Assembly (NCBI GenBank): GCA_963734935.1
Contig: CAVTIO010000004.1
Location: forward strand, 200,263-264,262
Length of the DNA stretch: 64,000 nucleotides
Origin: an uncultured Chloroflexia bacterium
GTDB lineage: Bacteria > Chloroflexota > Limnocylindria > Limnocylindrales > CSP1-4
Direction: 5' to 3'
Both the position numbers and the translations under genes were made by a program. The notes below the pieces were generated by a model. It ran no database searches. It saw nothing but the letters and a program-made list of their open reading frames with translations, and had not been told where the DNA came from. Below, piece by piece: positions 28,198 through 37,034 of this stretch. The number at the start of each line of letters is the position of its first letter. Within the stretch, counting starts at the first letter, position 1.

Positions 28198-28692
28198 TCA
28201 TCGTCCCGCGGCCAGGCCTCCCGGCGCCAGGTTCGGCCCGGTCACCAGGACGTCGCCTGACAGCTCCTCGCCATCCGGCCTTCGGACGAGGTACCGGTGA
28301 TGGATCTCGACCGCACCCGACGCCAGCGTCGAGCTCACGGCGCAGTACTTGGTCGCCGACAGCTCGATCGCCCGGCGGACCGCCTCCGGGTCGACTGCCT
28401 CGCCCTCAACCACGTGGACGACCTCGAACTGCGAGAACGCATGGGGATGCGCGTCCCCCTGCACGCCACTGACACGCACCTCGTAGTGGCTCACGGCCTG
28501 GCGCTTCTTGCGCAGGATCGAGATCACGTCCATCGCCGTGCATCCCGCCAGCGCGGCACCCACGATCTCCGCGGGCCGCGCCCCCGTGTCGCGCTCGCCG
28601 TCATCGAGCACGATCGTGTGCCCGCTGCCCATCGCCACCTCGAACCGCAGCTGGTCGTCGGTGAGCGTGGCCACCGCGGTCTTGGTGGTCAT
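28198..28692 (-). CDS. OsmC/Ohr-family peroxiredoxin-like protein
   Basis: Internal start MTTKTAV at 28692 gives 164 aa. OsmC fold cysteines (AGCTAMDV ... ATKYCAVS). ATGA overlap with the upstream DUF302 gene. The upstream part of the track frame is Arg-rich and spurious. Confidence 0.7.
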   Translation of the reverse strand: MTTKTAVATLTDDQLRFEVAMGSGHTIVLDDGERDTGARPAEIVGAALAGCTAMDVISILRKKRQAVSHYEVRVSGVQGDAHPHAFSQFEVVHVVEGEAVDPEAVRRAIELSATKYCAVSSTLASGAVEIHHRYLVRRPDGEELSGDVLVTGPNLAPGGLAAGR

Positions 28693-29111
28693 GCCGGGAT
28701 CTCCGGCGGAGACGCCTGCTCGATCGCCTCCATGGCCCGGAGGAGCCTCTCGCGGGCGTCGGCCGCGACCTCGGCCACCTCCGGATTGTCGACCAGGCCC
28801 AGCGCGGCCTGTGGGTCCATCGCCTCCACGACAACGGCGTCGCCGGCAACGCGGATCACGACATTGCATGGCAGCAGCGCCCCCACGGCCGGCTCCGCCT
28901 CGAGCGCCCGGTGGGCGAGTGGCGGGCTGCAGGCGCCAAGGATCAGGTAGGGATCGCGGGTCACGCCCAGCTTGGCGCGCAGCGTGGCTGCCACGTCGAT
29001 CTCGGTCAGGACGCCGAAACCCTCGGCGCGCAAGGCCCCCTCGACGCCCTCGCGGACGTCGTCGAAGGACGCGCTGAGGCGCGTGCCGAAGGTGTAGCGA
29101 TCGGTGAACAT
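28689..29111 (-). CDS. DUF302 domain protein
   Basis: 140 aa. The pattern matches DUF302 (FGVLTEIDVAATLRAKLGV ... LPCNVVIR). Coupled to the OsmC gene. Confidence 0.6.
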   Translation of the reverse strand: MFTDRYTFGTRLSASFDDVREGVEGALRAEGFGVLTEIDVAATLRAKLGVTRDPYLILGACSPPLAHRALEAEPAVGALLPCNVVIRVAGDAVVVEAMDPQAALGLVDNPEVAEVAADARERLLRAMEAIEQASPPEIPA

Positions 29112-29235
29112 CGGGGCCTCCGTTGGATTGGCCCCATGGTGCCGCTAGTTGCGTGTTTGCGCAAATGGACGAATCAAAACGTCGCCCTTCCGGGCCGCCG
29201 GCTATTTCCGAGTTAGGTGGTAGGATTTCGCGACG

Positions 29236-29625
29236 ATGACCAATTCGCAGCCCTCCCAGACCACCGCCGCACCGGCGTCCGACCCGGCGTCGACCGCGAC
29301 GGCCGATCCTGCCTCGGCAACGACGGCCGACCCTGCCTTCGATGCGCAGCGACGCGCGACGGAGCTGGCCATCCTCGATGCTCTTCGCGCGGTCGTGGAT
29401 CCCGAGATCGGCATGAACGTGGTCGAGCTTGCGCTGATCAAGCAGATCGTCCTCGGTCCTGACTCGACCGAGGTCAAGATGATCCTGACCACGCCGTTCT
29501 GTCCGTACGCCGGCGCCATGATCCAGCAGGTCAAGGAACAGGCCGAGAGCGTGGTCGAGCACTCGGTCAAGGTGACGCTGCTCGCGGAACGCTGGGATCC
29601 GCGCGATGCGGGCCTGATGTGGTGA
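29236..29625 (+). CDS. MIP18/DUF59-family Fe-S assembly protein (SufT-like)
   Basis: 129 aa. Low-complexity N-terminus, then a DUF59 core (VVDPEIGMNVVELALIKQI ... TTPFCPYAG). Confidence 0.6.
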   Translation: MTNSQPSQTTAAPASDPASTATADPASATTADPAFDAQRRATELAILDALRAVVDPEIGMNVVELALIKQIVLGPDSTEVKMILTTPFCPYAGAMIQQVKEQAESVVEHSVKVTLLAERWDPRDAGLMW

Positions 29626-29638
29626 GCGCCTCCGTCGC

Positions 29639-30283
29639 ATGACCCGCCAGCTGCCCTACGAGAGCGCCGTCGCCACCGGGCGCGGCGACGATGGGTCGAC
29701 CGGTCTGCTGTTCAGCCAGGACCGCGTCCGCAAGGACGATCTGCGGACCGAGGCGTTCGGCACCGTCGACGAGGCCGTCGCCGCCCTTGGTCTCGCGCGC
29801 GCCGAGCTACAGATGAAGGAGCAGTACGGAGTCCTCACTGCGGGCCTTGGTCGCCTGCCTGAGCTCCTGCTCCGGCTCCAGCGTGAGCTGTTCGTCGTCG
29901 GCGCCGAGCTGGCGACCGCACCGGCATCCCGCAACCGTCAACAGGACGGGGCCACGCGTGTCTCCGCGGTGATGGTCGAGGACCTGGACGCGACGTTGCG
30001 CGAGATGGAGGCAGCGATTGAGCTGCCGCGCGAGTTCGTCGTCCCCGGCGAGACGCGACTGAGCGCCACCCTGGAGCTGGCGCGCACGATCGTCCGCCGG
30101 GCCGAGAGACGCACGGTCACGCTGGCATCGGCCGATATCGCCATCGCCGACGGCCAGGTCCTGCCGTATCTCAACCGGCTGGCCGACCTGCTGTGGATCC
30201 TTGCGCGTGCTGCGGAGCACGCCGAGGAGCGAGGAGTGACGACGGCCCGGAGCCATCGTCCCACGGACACCCAGTCTGACTGA
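29639..30283 (+). CDS. PduO-type ATP:cob(I)alamin adenosyltransferase
   Basis: 214 aa. N-terminal signature GRGDDGSTGLLFSQDRVRKDDLRTEAFGTVDE. Confidence 0.75.
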   Translation: MTRQLPYESAVATGRGDDGSTGLLFSQDRVRKDDLRTEAFGTVDEAVAALGLARAELQMKEQYGVLTAGLGRLPELLLRLQRELFVVGAELATAPASRNRQQDGATRVSAVMVEDLDATLREMEAAIELPREFVVPGETRLSATLELARTIVRRAERRTVTLASADIAIADGQVLPYLNRLADLLWILARAAEHAEERGVTTARSHRPTDTQSD

Positions 30284-30307
30284 CCCCCTTTCAAGAGGAG
30301 CCAATTC

Positions 30308-31021
30308 GTGAACACCACCCCCGCCACGCCCTCGCAGCTCGGGGTACGGCCCGCGCCGGCGCTCGTCCAGCAGCTGCTGGTGGGCGCCTTCGGCTGGATG
30401 TTTGCCGGGCTCATGCTGTCGGCCGGCGTTGCGTATCTCACCGCGACCAGCGAGACCCTGTTCAACTTCGCCACCCAGTGGTGGCTGCTGATCGTGATCG
30501 GAACGTTCATCCTTGCGATCGGGATCCAGGCCACGATCCGGCGCGTGTCACCGACAATCAGCCTTGCGCTGTTCTTCGTCTACGCGGCGTCGATGGGACT
30601 CATGATCGGCGTGATCGTGTGGGCGGTCATACAGGAGCCGGGCGGCGTCGGCGCCGTGTCGGCCGCGTTCTTCTCGGCCTCCGCGATGTTCGGTGCCGCG
30701 GCGTTCTACGGCGCGGTCACCAAGCGGGAGCTGGCCCGGCTGGGCGGGCTGCTGTTCATGGGCCTGATCGGCATCATCGTCGCCTCGTTCGTGAACATCC
30801 TCATCGGCTCCGCCACCATCAACTGGGTGATCTCGGTCCTCGGCGTGGTGCTGTTCACGGGGCTGACCGCCTACGACGTTCAGCGGATCTCGCGCGGCGA
30901 CTTCGCCGCCTGGACCGGCTCCCCGGAGCGAGGGTCGATCATGGCGGCGCTCCACCTCTATCTCAACTTCATCAACCTGTTCCTGTTCCTGCTCCGCATC
31001 TTCGGCGGCTCACGGAACTAG
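30308..31021 (+). CDS. Bax-inhibitor-1/YccA-family membrane protein
   Basis: 237 aa with seven TM helices and a family-typical C-terminal segment (LHLYLNFINLFLFLLRIFGG). Confidence 0.7.
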   Translation: MNTTPATPSQLGVRPAPALVQQLLVGAFGWMFAGLMLSAGVAYLTATSETLFNFATQWWLLIVIGTFILAIGIQATIRRVSPTISLALFFVYAASMGLMIGVIVWAVIQEPGGVGAVSAAFFSASAMFGAAAFYGAVTKRELARLGGLLFMGLIGIIVASFVNILIGSATINWVISVLGVVLFTGLTAYDVQRISRGDFAAWTGSPERGSIMAALHLYLNFINLFLFLLRIFGGSRN

Positions 31022-31043
31022 ATCGCAGAATCAGGGGGTCACG

Positions 31044-31646
31044 ATGCGGATCGCCATCATCGGGGCGGGCAACGTTGGCGGGGGGCTGGGCAAGGCCTTC
31101 GCGGCCGTGGGCCATGATGTCGTGTTCGGAGTGCGGGACCCCGACAGCACCAAGACGTTGGCCGCCCTCGGCGAGGTGCCAGCGGCAACGGCCGCGTCTC
31201 CCTCCGACGCGGTCGACGGGGCTGACGTGATCGTGTTCGCGGTCCGTCCGGCTGCGATCGGCGCGATGGTCAAGGACCTGCCGCCGCTGGCCGATCGGAT
31301 CGTGATCGACGCCATGAACCGCTTCGACGGCGATCCGCTACGGTCCACCACCGACGACCTCGCAGACCTCCTGCCGGGGGCCAAGCTCGCGAAGGCGTTC
31401 AATACGATCGGGTTCGAGAACTTCACCAACGCGCGGGACCGCGAAACACCGGTCGCGATGTTCGTGGCCGCGGACGACGCCGATGCGAAGCGAGTGGCGC
31501 TGGGGCTTGCGACCGAGATCGGGTTCGAGGCCGAAGATGCCGGTGGGCTCGTGAACGCCAGGCCCCTCGAGGAGATGGTGCGCGTCTGGATCGCGCTGAC
31601 CCAGACCCACGGCCGGACGATCGGGTTCGCGCTGTCCCGTTCATGA
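31044..31646 (+). CDS. NADP-dependent oxidoreductase, F420-dependent NADP reductase (Npd/FNO)-like
   Basis: 200 aa. N-terminal Rossmann motif MRIAIIGAGNVGGGLG. Size and pattern match the NADP_oxidored_F420 family. Confidence 0.55.
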   Translation: MRIAIIGAGNVGGGLGKAFAAVGHDVVFGVRDPDSTKTLAALGEVPAATAASPSDAVDGADVIVFAVRPAAIGAMVKDLPPLADRIVIDAMNRFDGDPLRSTTDDLADLLPGAKLAKAFNTIGFENFTNARDRETPVAMFVAADDADAKRVALGLATEIGFEAEDAGGLVNARPLEEMVRVWIALTQTHGRTIGFALSRS

Positions 31647-31650
31647 CGGC

Positions 31651-32058
31651 TCAGATCGGCGTCGTCTCCGCGCCCCAGCCGGCCACCAGAACGCCATACA
31701 GGACGACGACGTTGACGGCCACCGAGCCGATCGTGGATCCGGTCGTGAAGGCGTGCGGAAACAGGGCGGTCCCGAGCAGCGATGCCGCCGCCGAGGCCAC
31801 GGCCACACCCCGCCACCACGGCTGACCGGTGAGCACGCCCGCCGCCGCAAGGACGAACCCCACCGTCGGCACCAGGAACACAACGCCGGCCGCAATCCGG
31901 CCCGCGTTCTCGCCGGCGATCGCTGAGACCAGCCACGATTGACTCGAAAGGCCGTCGAAACGAGCGATCCCCCAAGCGGGAAGCCAGCCCAGCACGTGCC
32001 CGATGCCGTGCGCTCCGAGCACCCCTGCCGCAATCAGCTTGATCACTCCTGCATCCAT
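31651..32058 (-). CDS. hypothetical membrane protein
   Basis: Internal start MDAGVIKLIAAGV at 32058. About 135 aa with 4 TM helices. Divergent from a TetR gene. Confidence 0.4.
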   Translation of the reverse strand: MDAGVIKLIAAGVLGAHGIGHVLGWLPAWGIARFDGLSSQSWLVSAIAGENAGRIAAGVVFLVPTVGFVLAAAGVLTGQPWWRGVAVASAAASLLGTALFPHAFTTGSTIGSVAVNVVVLYGVLVAGWGAETTPI

Positions 32059-32121
32059 GTCCCTGTCTCCTCGTCCGTGCGCCCGGGACCCTTCTTGTTC
32101 GGTCACGGACGAGCGTACGCC

Positions 32122-32135
32122 GTACGCATGCGTAC
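32122..32135. promoter_or_regulatory. perfect 14-bp palindrome GTACGCATGCGTAC (candidate TetR operator)
   Basis: Exact self-complement. Embedded in further GTACGC repeats (cgtacgccgtacgcatgcgtactatgtacgc) in the 98-bp divergent region between the membrane gene and the TetR gene. Confidence 0.4.
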
Positions 32136-32156
32136 TATGTACGCTATACTCTCTCT

Positions 32157-32846
32157 ATGACATCTGAGCCGATTGACATCAATCGGGCCGCCGTTCGGCC
32201 CATCCTCACTCGGGATCGCATCGTCGAAGCGGCCGTCGCGGTCGTGGACGAGTCCGGGATCGACGGATTGACCATGCGCGCCGTGAGCAAACAGCTCGGG
32301 GCGGGGACGATGTCGCTCTACCGGCACGTTTCGAGCCGTGAGGAGCTGCTCGATCTGGTGCTGGAGGCGATGGCCGGCGAGATCCGCGTCTCGCCGTTAT
32401 CCGGACGCTGGCGCGACGACCTCGCCTCGATCGCACGCGACATGCGTGTCGGATTGCTGAAGCGGCCGCAGCTGACCGTCCTGCTCACGTCTCGCTCCGG
32501 GCAGGGCGGGGCGGAGCTGCCGATGCTGGATCGCACCCTGGGCGTGCTCCGAGATGCGGGCTTTGGTCGGCGCGGGGCGGTCCGGGCCAACCACGCCCTC
32601 GGCAACTACGTGGCGGGCGCCGCCCTGTGGGAGGCCGTCGGCCTGGCCGGCACGCGGGGCGAGACCCGCGAGGCGCAGCGCCAGGCGGTTGCGGACATGA
32701 CGGCGGCGCTGCCTCCCGACGTGTTCCCGAACCTCGCCTGGGTTGGGCCCAAGATCTCTGCGGACAACGTGGACGACCGGTTCGAGTTCGGACTGACGTT
32801 CCTCCTCGATGGCTTCGAGGCGTATCTCGCCCGACGCAAGGGGTGA
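32157..32846 (+). CDS. TetR-family transcriptional regulator (TetR_C-type C-terminal domain)
   Basis: 229 aa. HTH IVEAAVAVVDESGIDGLTMRAVSKQLGAGTMSLYRHVSSREEL. Confidence 0.7.
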   Translation: MTSEPIDINRAAVRPILTRDRIVEAAVAVVDESGIDGLTMRAVSKQLGAGTMSLYRHVSSREELLDLVLEAMAGEIRVSPLSGRWRDDLASIARDMRVGLLKRPQLTVLLTSRSGQGGAELPMLDRTLGVLRDAGFGRRGAVRANHALGNYVAGAALWEAVGLAGTRGETREAQRQAVADMTAALPPDVFPNLAWVGPKISADNVDDRFEFGLTFLLDGFEAYLARRKG

Positions 32847-32934
32847 TGCCCTGGCGGAGGTGCGCCACTGGGGGAGGGTCAGTTGGCAGAACCAAGCGAC
32901 AGGTCGGGCCTCCGCAGCGTGCGCGGTCCCCAGT

Positions 32935-33445
32935 GAAGCTGAGTCTCGAGCTGTGGCGACCTATCCGACGCGCCCTTGCGCTCTTGGCAGCGGGGCTGCT
33001 GGTTGCCGCCTGCTACACGGGCCCTGTCGCGAGCCACTTCGTCGAGGTAGCCGACGAGTTGCCCATCCCCGCTGACTGGCAGCTCATGCAGTCGGTAACG
33101 CATGGGCCCGACCAGGCGGACGGCTGCGACCCCTTGATCGGTCTCTTCTGTCCAGCTGCCATCCGGGTCTTCCTCGTCGATCGCGACGCGACCGCCGTGT
33201 ACGCGCAGGCGAGCGACATGGCGCGCAGTGCCGGATTCGAACTGTCGACGGATCAGCGCCCATGCCCCAGCAGCACTCGGCCGGACGTGGCGTGTGAGCT
33301 CTGGACGCGCCGCGGTGGCGATGCCCTCGTGGTCTTCGTCTACCGCACCCCTGCCGTCGCCGGACTCGATGACGCGCCGCGCGGCACGACCGCGGTCAAG
33401 CTCACGGTGTATGGCGGGTCAGATATTCAAGCCTCAGGGGGGTGA
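32935..33445 (+). CDS. hypothetical lipoprotein
   Basis: GTG start at 32935 gives a signal peptide with lipobox LVAAC (VKLSLELWRPIRRALALLAAGLLVAAC). An alternative ATG at 32846 overlaps the TetR stop (TGATG). The upstream Gly/Arg-rich part of the track frame is judged non-coding. Confidence 0.4.
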
Positions 33446-33545
33446 GATCCTCGCAAGCTGGCGGTCACCCTGGTCTTCTTGCACTGCGCCGGGACGGGGC
33501 TGAGCCGGCAACTTCCAGGCGTCCTATCCACTACCCACCCACTCG

Positions 33546-33574
33546 TTGACGCATTTCGGGGGCCGCACTAGACT
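33546..33574 (+). promoter_or_regulatory. sigma-70/SigA-type promoter TTGACG-17 bp-TAGACT
   Basis: Hexamers with canonical 17-bp spacing lie about 150 nt upstream of the Rrf2-suf operon. The intergenic region 33446-33724 is otherwise non-coding. Confidence 0.4.
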
Positions 33575-33724
33575 CAATCCCGACGAAATCGGTCGGAATT
33601 CCCCGGCGCGGCGGCCCCTCGCCGCGGGCGTCCCCCTGGGGAACTCCGACCCGTCGTCAAGCGACCCGACCCGACGAGGACCGATCCCCTGACATCACGC
33701 GCGAGCTTCCACGGATCCGGCGCC

Positions 33725-34204
33725 CTGGCGTTCAGCACCAAGGGCGAGTACGGAGTGCGGCTCATGGTCCAGCTGGGACGGCGATACGGCACGGGACCGG
33801 CGAGCCTGGCCGAGATCGCCCAGGTCGAGGATCTGCCACGGGCTTACCTCGAGCAGCTGGTCACCAGCCTGCGCGATGCTGACCTCGTCGTGTCCACGCG
33901 CGGCGCGCGTGGCGGTTACGAGCTGGCGATGTCGCCGTCGGATATCCGGATGAGCGACGTCCTACGGGCGCTCGAGGGGCCCATCGCCCCGATGATCTGC
34001 GCCACGGACGATCCGGAGCACGTGACCTGCGAGCGATCGGCCCGGTGCACGGTGAACGTGCTATGGACCCGGGTTCACGACGCGATCGCCGACACGCTCG
34101 ACTCCATCAGCCTGGCGGACCTCGTCCCGGTTCGTCACATCACCATCGACACGCCAGCGAGCCCGATGGCGCAGCTGGCATCGACCTCCAGGAGCATTTC
34201 GTGA
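33725..34204 (+). CDS. Rrf2-family transcriptional regulator (IscR/NsrR-like)
   Basis: The conserved Rrf2 N-terminus (LAFSTKGEYGVRLMVQLGRRYGTGPASLAEIAQVEDLPRAYLEQL) extends upstream of the first canonical start (GTG 33755). No in-frame ATG/GTG/TTG lies between the stop at 33569 and 33755. The start is placed at CTG 33725 by alignment logic. GTGA overlap with sufC. Confidence 0.6.
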   Translation: MAFSTKGEYGVRLMVQLGRRYGTGPASLAEIAQVEDLPRAYLEQLVTSLRDADLVVSTRGARGGYELAMSPSDIRMSDVLRALEGPIAPMICATDDPEHVTCERSARCTVNVLWTRVHDAIADTLDSISLADLVPVRHITIDTPASPMAQLASTSRSIS

Positions 34205-35082
34205 CCGACTCGAACGACCGCGAGCTCGTCATCTCGGACCTTCGGGTCGCCCCGGCCGCCCACCCTGACCAGGAGATCCTGAAGGGGATCGACCTCACGA
34301 TCCGCAAGGGCGAGACCCACGCGATCATGGGCCCCAATGGCTCGGGCAAGACCACGCTCGCCTACGCGCTCATGGGCCACCCGTCGTACATCGTGAGGTC
34401 GGGCGAGGTGCGTTGGAAGGGCCGCAACCTGCTGACGCTCACGCCCGACAAGCGCTCGCGGCTGGGCCTCTTCCTCGCCTTCCAGTATCCGACGGCGGTT
34501 CCGGGTCTGTCCGTCGCATCGTTCATCCGGAGCGCGCTCAACGCGAAGCTCCAGGGCGTGGACAAGACCGGCGACGTCGACCCGACCGACCCCACCCGGG
34601 GCGGTGTGTCGATGCTCGACTTCCGGCGCCAGATGCGCGAGAAGATGGCGCTCCTCAAGATGGAGGACAGCTTCGCCGCGCGGTACGTCAATGACGGCTT
34701 CTCGGGTGGCGAGAAGAAGCGCCTCGAGATGCTCCAGATGGCGATGCTGTCACCGGAGTTCGCGATCCTCGACGAGACTGATTCGGGGCTCGACATCGAC
34801 GCGCTGCGGATCGTGGCCGAGGGCGTCAACGCGATGCTCAACCCGGAGATGGGCGTGCTCCTGATCACGCACTACCAGCGCCTGCTCAACTACATCACGC
34901 CCGATTTCGTGCACGTCCTGGCCGCCGGCCGGATCGTGAAGTCGGGCGGCAAGGACCTGGCGCTGCGACTCGAGGACGAGGGCTACGGCCCGATCCTGCG
35001 CGAGGCGGGGCTCGAGGCCGACGTCCCCGATGACGCGCTCGCGGTGCCCCAGGAGCCGGAGGTAGCCGGCGCAAGCCGGTAG
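34201..35082 (+). CDS. sufC: Fe-S cluster assembly ATPase SufC
   Basis: GTG start at 34201 overlaps the Rrf2 stop. Walker A GPNGSGKTT, the SufC-typical FLAFQYP, signature FSGGEKKR, Walker B ILDETDSGLD, and H-loop ITHYQRLL. Confidence 0.85.
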   Translation: MTDSNDRELVISDLRVAPAAHPDQEILKGIDLTIRKGETHAIMGPNGSGKTTLAYALMGHPSYIVRSGEVRWKGRNLLTLTPDKRSRLGLFLAFQYPTAVPGLSVASFIRSALNAKLQGVDKTGDVDPTDPTRGGVSMLDFRRQMREKMALLKMEDSFAARYVNDGFSGGEKKRLEMLQMAMLSPEFAILDETDSGLDIDALRIVAEGVNAMLNPEMGVLLITHYQRLLNYITPDFVHVLAAGRIVKSGGKDLALRLEDEGYGPILREAGLEADVPDDALAVPQEPEVAGASR

Positions 35083-35089
35083 GCGAGCA

Positions 35090-36460
35090 GTGGCGACCGA
35101 GATCGAACCCCGGGCATCCGCGCTGACGACGCCGGCGATGAACGGTGGGACGGCGATGGCCGGCGAGGCTGCGGCGGCCGCTGGAACCGCGATGGGCGGT
35201 CCGGCACCGGTGCGCCCGCCGCTCGACCCCGTCGCGCTGCGTGCCGACTTCCCGATCCTCGACCAGTCGATCCATGGCCATCCGCTGGTCTATCTCGACT
35301 CAGCTGCCACATCGCAGAAGCCGTCGCTCGTGATCGACGCGGTCAACGACTACTACCGCCGCTACAACGCCAACGTGCATCGCGGGATCTACGAGATCGG
35401 CGAGCGGGCGACCGCGGCTTACGAGGCGGCCCGCGCGTCAACGGCGCGGTTCCTCGGCGTCGAGGACGCGCACGAGATCGTGTTCACGCGCAACGCGACC
35501 GAGGCGATCAACCTGGTCGCGTACTCGTGGGGCCGCCGGAACATCAGCCGGGGCGACGTGATCGTGCTGACCGAGATGGAGCACCACGCGAACCTCGTTC
35601 CGTGGCAGCTGCTCGCCCAGGAGGCGGACGCGGACCTCGAGTTCATCCCCATCACCGACGATGGGCTGCTGCGCATGGACGTGTTCGAGGTGCTCCTGCG
35701 GCTCAAGCCGAAGCTGGTCGCGTTCGCCCACGTCTCGAACACGCTGGGCACCATCAACCCGGTCGAGGAGCTGACGCGACGCGCGCACGAGGCGGGGGCG
35801 CTGGTCCTCGTCGACGGCGCCCAGGCGGTGCCACACCTCCCCGTCGATGTGACGGCCATCGGCTGCGACTTCTACACGTTCAGTGGGCACAAGATGCTCG
35901 CTCCCACGGGCTCCGGCGCGCTGTGGGGCCGCCGCGAGCTGCTCGAGTCGATGCCGCCGTTCCTCGCGGGCGGCGAGATGATTCGTGAGGTGCACCTCCG
36001 TCGTTCCGAGTGGAACGACATCCCGTGGAAGTTCGAGGCTGGCACGCCTGACATCTCGGCGGCGGTCGGACTTGGTGCCGCAACGGACTACCTGTCGGCG
36101 CTGGGCATGGACCGGGTGGCAACGCACGAGCGCGAGCTCGTCATGTACGCGCTCGAGATGCTGCCGCGTGAGGTGCCGGGGATCGAGATCTACGGGCCGT
36201 CCGCGGAGCATCGGGGCGGCGTGGTGTCGTTCAACCTGCCCGGGATCCACCCGCACGATGTCGCGCAGGTCCTGGACCGCTTCGGGATCGCCGTCCGGGC
36301 CGGCCACCACTGCACGATGCCGCTCCATGAGCGCCTGGACCTGGCCGCCACCGTGCGTGCCAGCTTCAGCGTCTACACGACGAAAGCCGACCTCGATGCC
36401 CTGGCCGCCGGCCTGCGCGAGGTGGTCACGCTGTTCGGCGCCGAGCCTCCGCTATCCTGA
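35090..36460 (+). CDS. sufS: cysteine desulfurase SufS (class V aminotransferase, group II)
   Basis: 456 aa. RADFPIL start motif, PLP-lysine region SGHKMLAPTGSGAL, and active-site-Cys loop RAGHHCTMPL. About 40-aa Ala/Gly-rich N-terminal extension. Confidence 0.85.
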   Translation: MATEIEPRASALTTPAMNGGTAMAGEAAAAAGTAMGGPAPVRPPLDPVALRADFPILDQSIHGHPLVYLDSAATSQKPSLVIDAVNDYYRRYNANVHRGIYEIGERATAAYEAARASTARFLGVEDAHEIVFTRNATEAINLVAYSWGRRNISRGDVIVLTEMEHHANLVPWQLLAQEADADLEFIPITDDGLLRMDVFEVLLRLKPKLVAFAHVSNTLGTINPVEELTRRAHEAGALVLVDGAQAVPHLPVDVTAIGCDFYTFSGHKMLAPTGSGALWGRRELLESMPPFLAGGEMIREVHLRRSEWNDIPWKFEAGTPDISAAVGLGAATDYLSALGMDRVATHERELVMYALEMLPREVPGIEIYGPSAEHRGGVVSFNLPGIHPHDVAQVLDRFGIAVRAGHHCTMPLHERLDLAATVRASFSVYTTKADLDALAAGLREVVTLFGAEPPLS

Positions 36461-36468
36461 GCCTTCCA

Positions 36469-36867
36469 ATGGACGATCTGTATCGCGACTACATCCTCGA
36501 GCACTATCGACGGCCCCACAACTTCGGGGTCATCGAGGAGCCGTCCGCCTCGTTCGAGGGATCCAATCCATTGTGCGGGGATCGGATCACGATGCAGGTG
36601 ACCGTCCGTGACGGGGTCGTGGAGAAGATCGGGTTCACGGGTCGCGGGTGCGCGATCAGCCAGGCCTCGGCGTCGCTGTTGACCGATGAGGTCAAGGGCA
36701 AGCCGCTCGAGGCGGTCGTGGAGCTGGGTGCGTCGGACCTGCTCGACCTGCTCGGGATCGAGATCAGCCCCGCGCGGCTCAAGTGCGCGATGCTCAGCTA
36801 TGACTCGCTCCAGCACCTGCTGGACGAGGTCGGTGCCAAGCCGCTCCCCGTGAAGGAGCCGAGCTGA
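36469..36867 (+). CDS. sufU: SufU/IscU-like Fe-S (sulfur transfer) scaffold protein
   Basis: 132 aa. NPLCGD ... GRGCAISQAS ... CA three-Cys ligand pattern of SufU/NifU-like proteins. Confidence 0.75.
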   Translation: MDDLYRDYILEHYRRPHNFGVIEEPSASFEGSNPLCGDRITMQVTVRDGVVEKIGFTGRGCAISQASASLLTDEVKGKPLEAVVELGASDLLDLLGIEISPARLKCAMLSYDSLQHLLDEVGAKPLPVKEPS

Positions 36868-37034
36868 TGCGCTGCTGCTCGTGTCGCCGGCCGGCCTGAG
36901 CCGGCACCAGCCAGCACGTGCGTGGGTTCCCACGACCACCCGTCCGCACGCGTTCCCCCGATCGTTCCCCTCCGTCCCCGGCGAACCGCCGACCTCTGCG
37001 GCGATCTGCCGTCCATCGGGAGCACCCCGTCGTC

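Noticed and set aside
33446-33724. Considered a riboswitch or small RNA in the 280-bp leader upstream of the suf operon.
   Set aside because: No match to riboswitch consensus elements I can recognise by eye (SAM, lysine, T-box and others). Kept as promoter plus leader only.
36868-37034. GC-rich hairpin (GCCGGCCGGC...GCCGGC) after sufU as an intrinsic terminator.
   Set aside because: No downstream T-tract. In high-GC genomes such hairpins are common and ambiguous. It is noted only as a possible attenuator in the sulfur operon finding.
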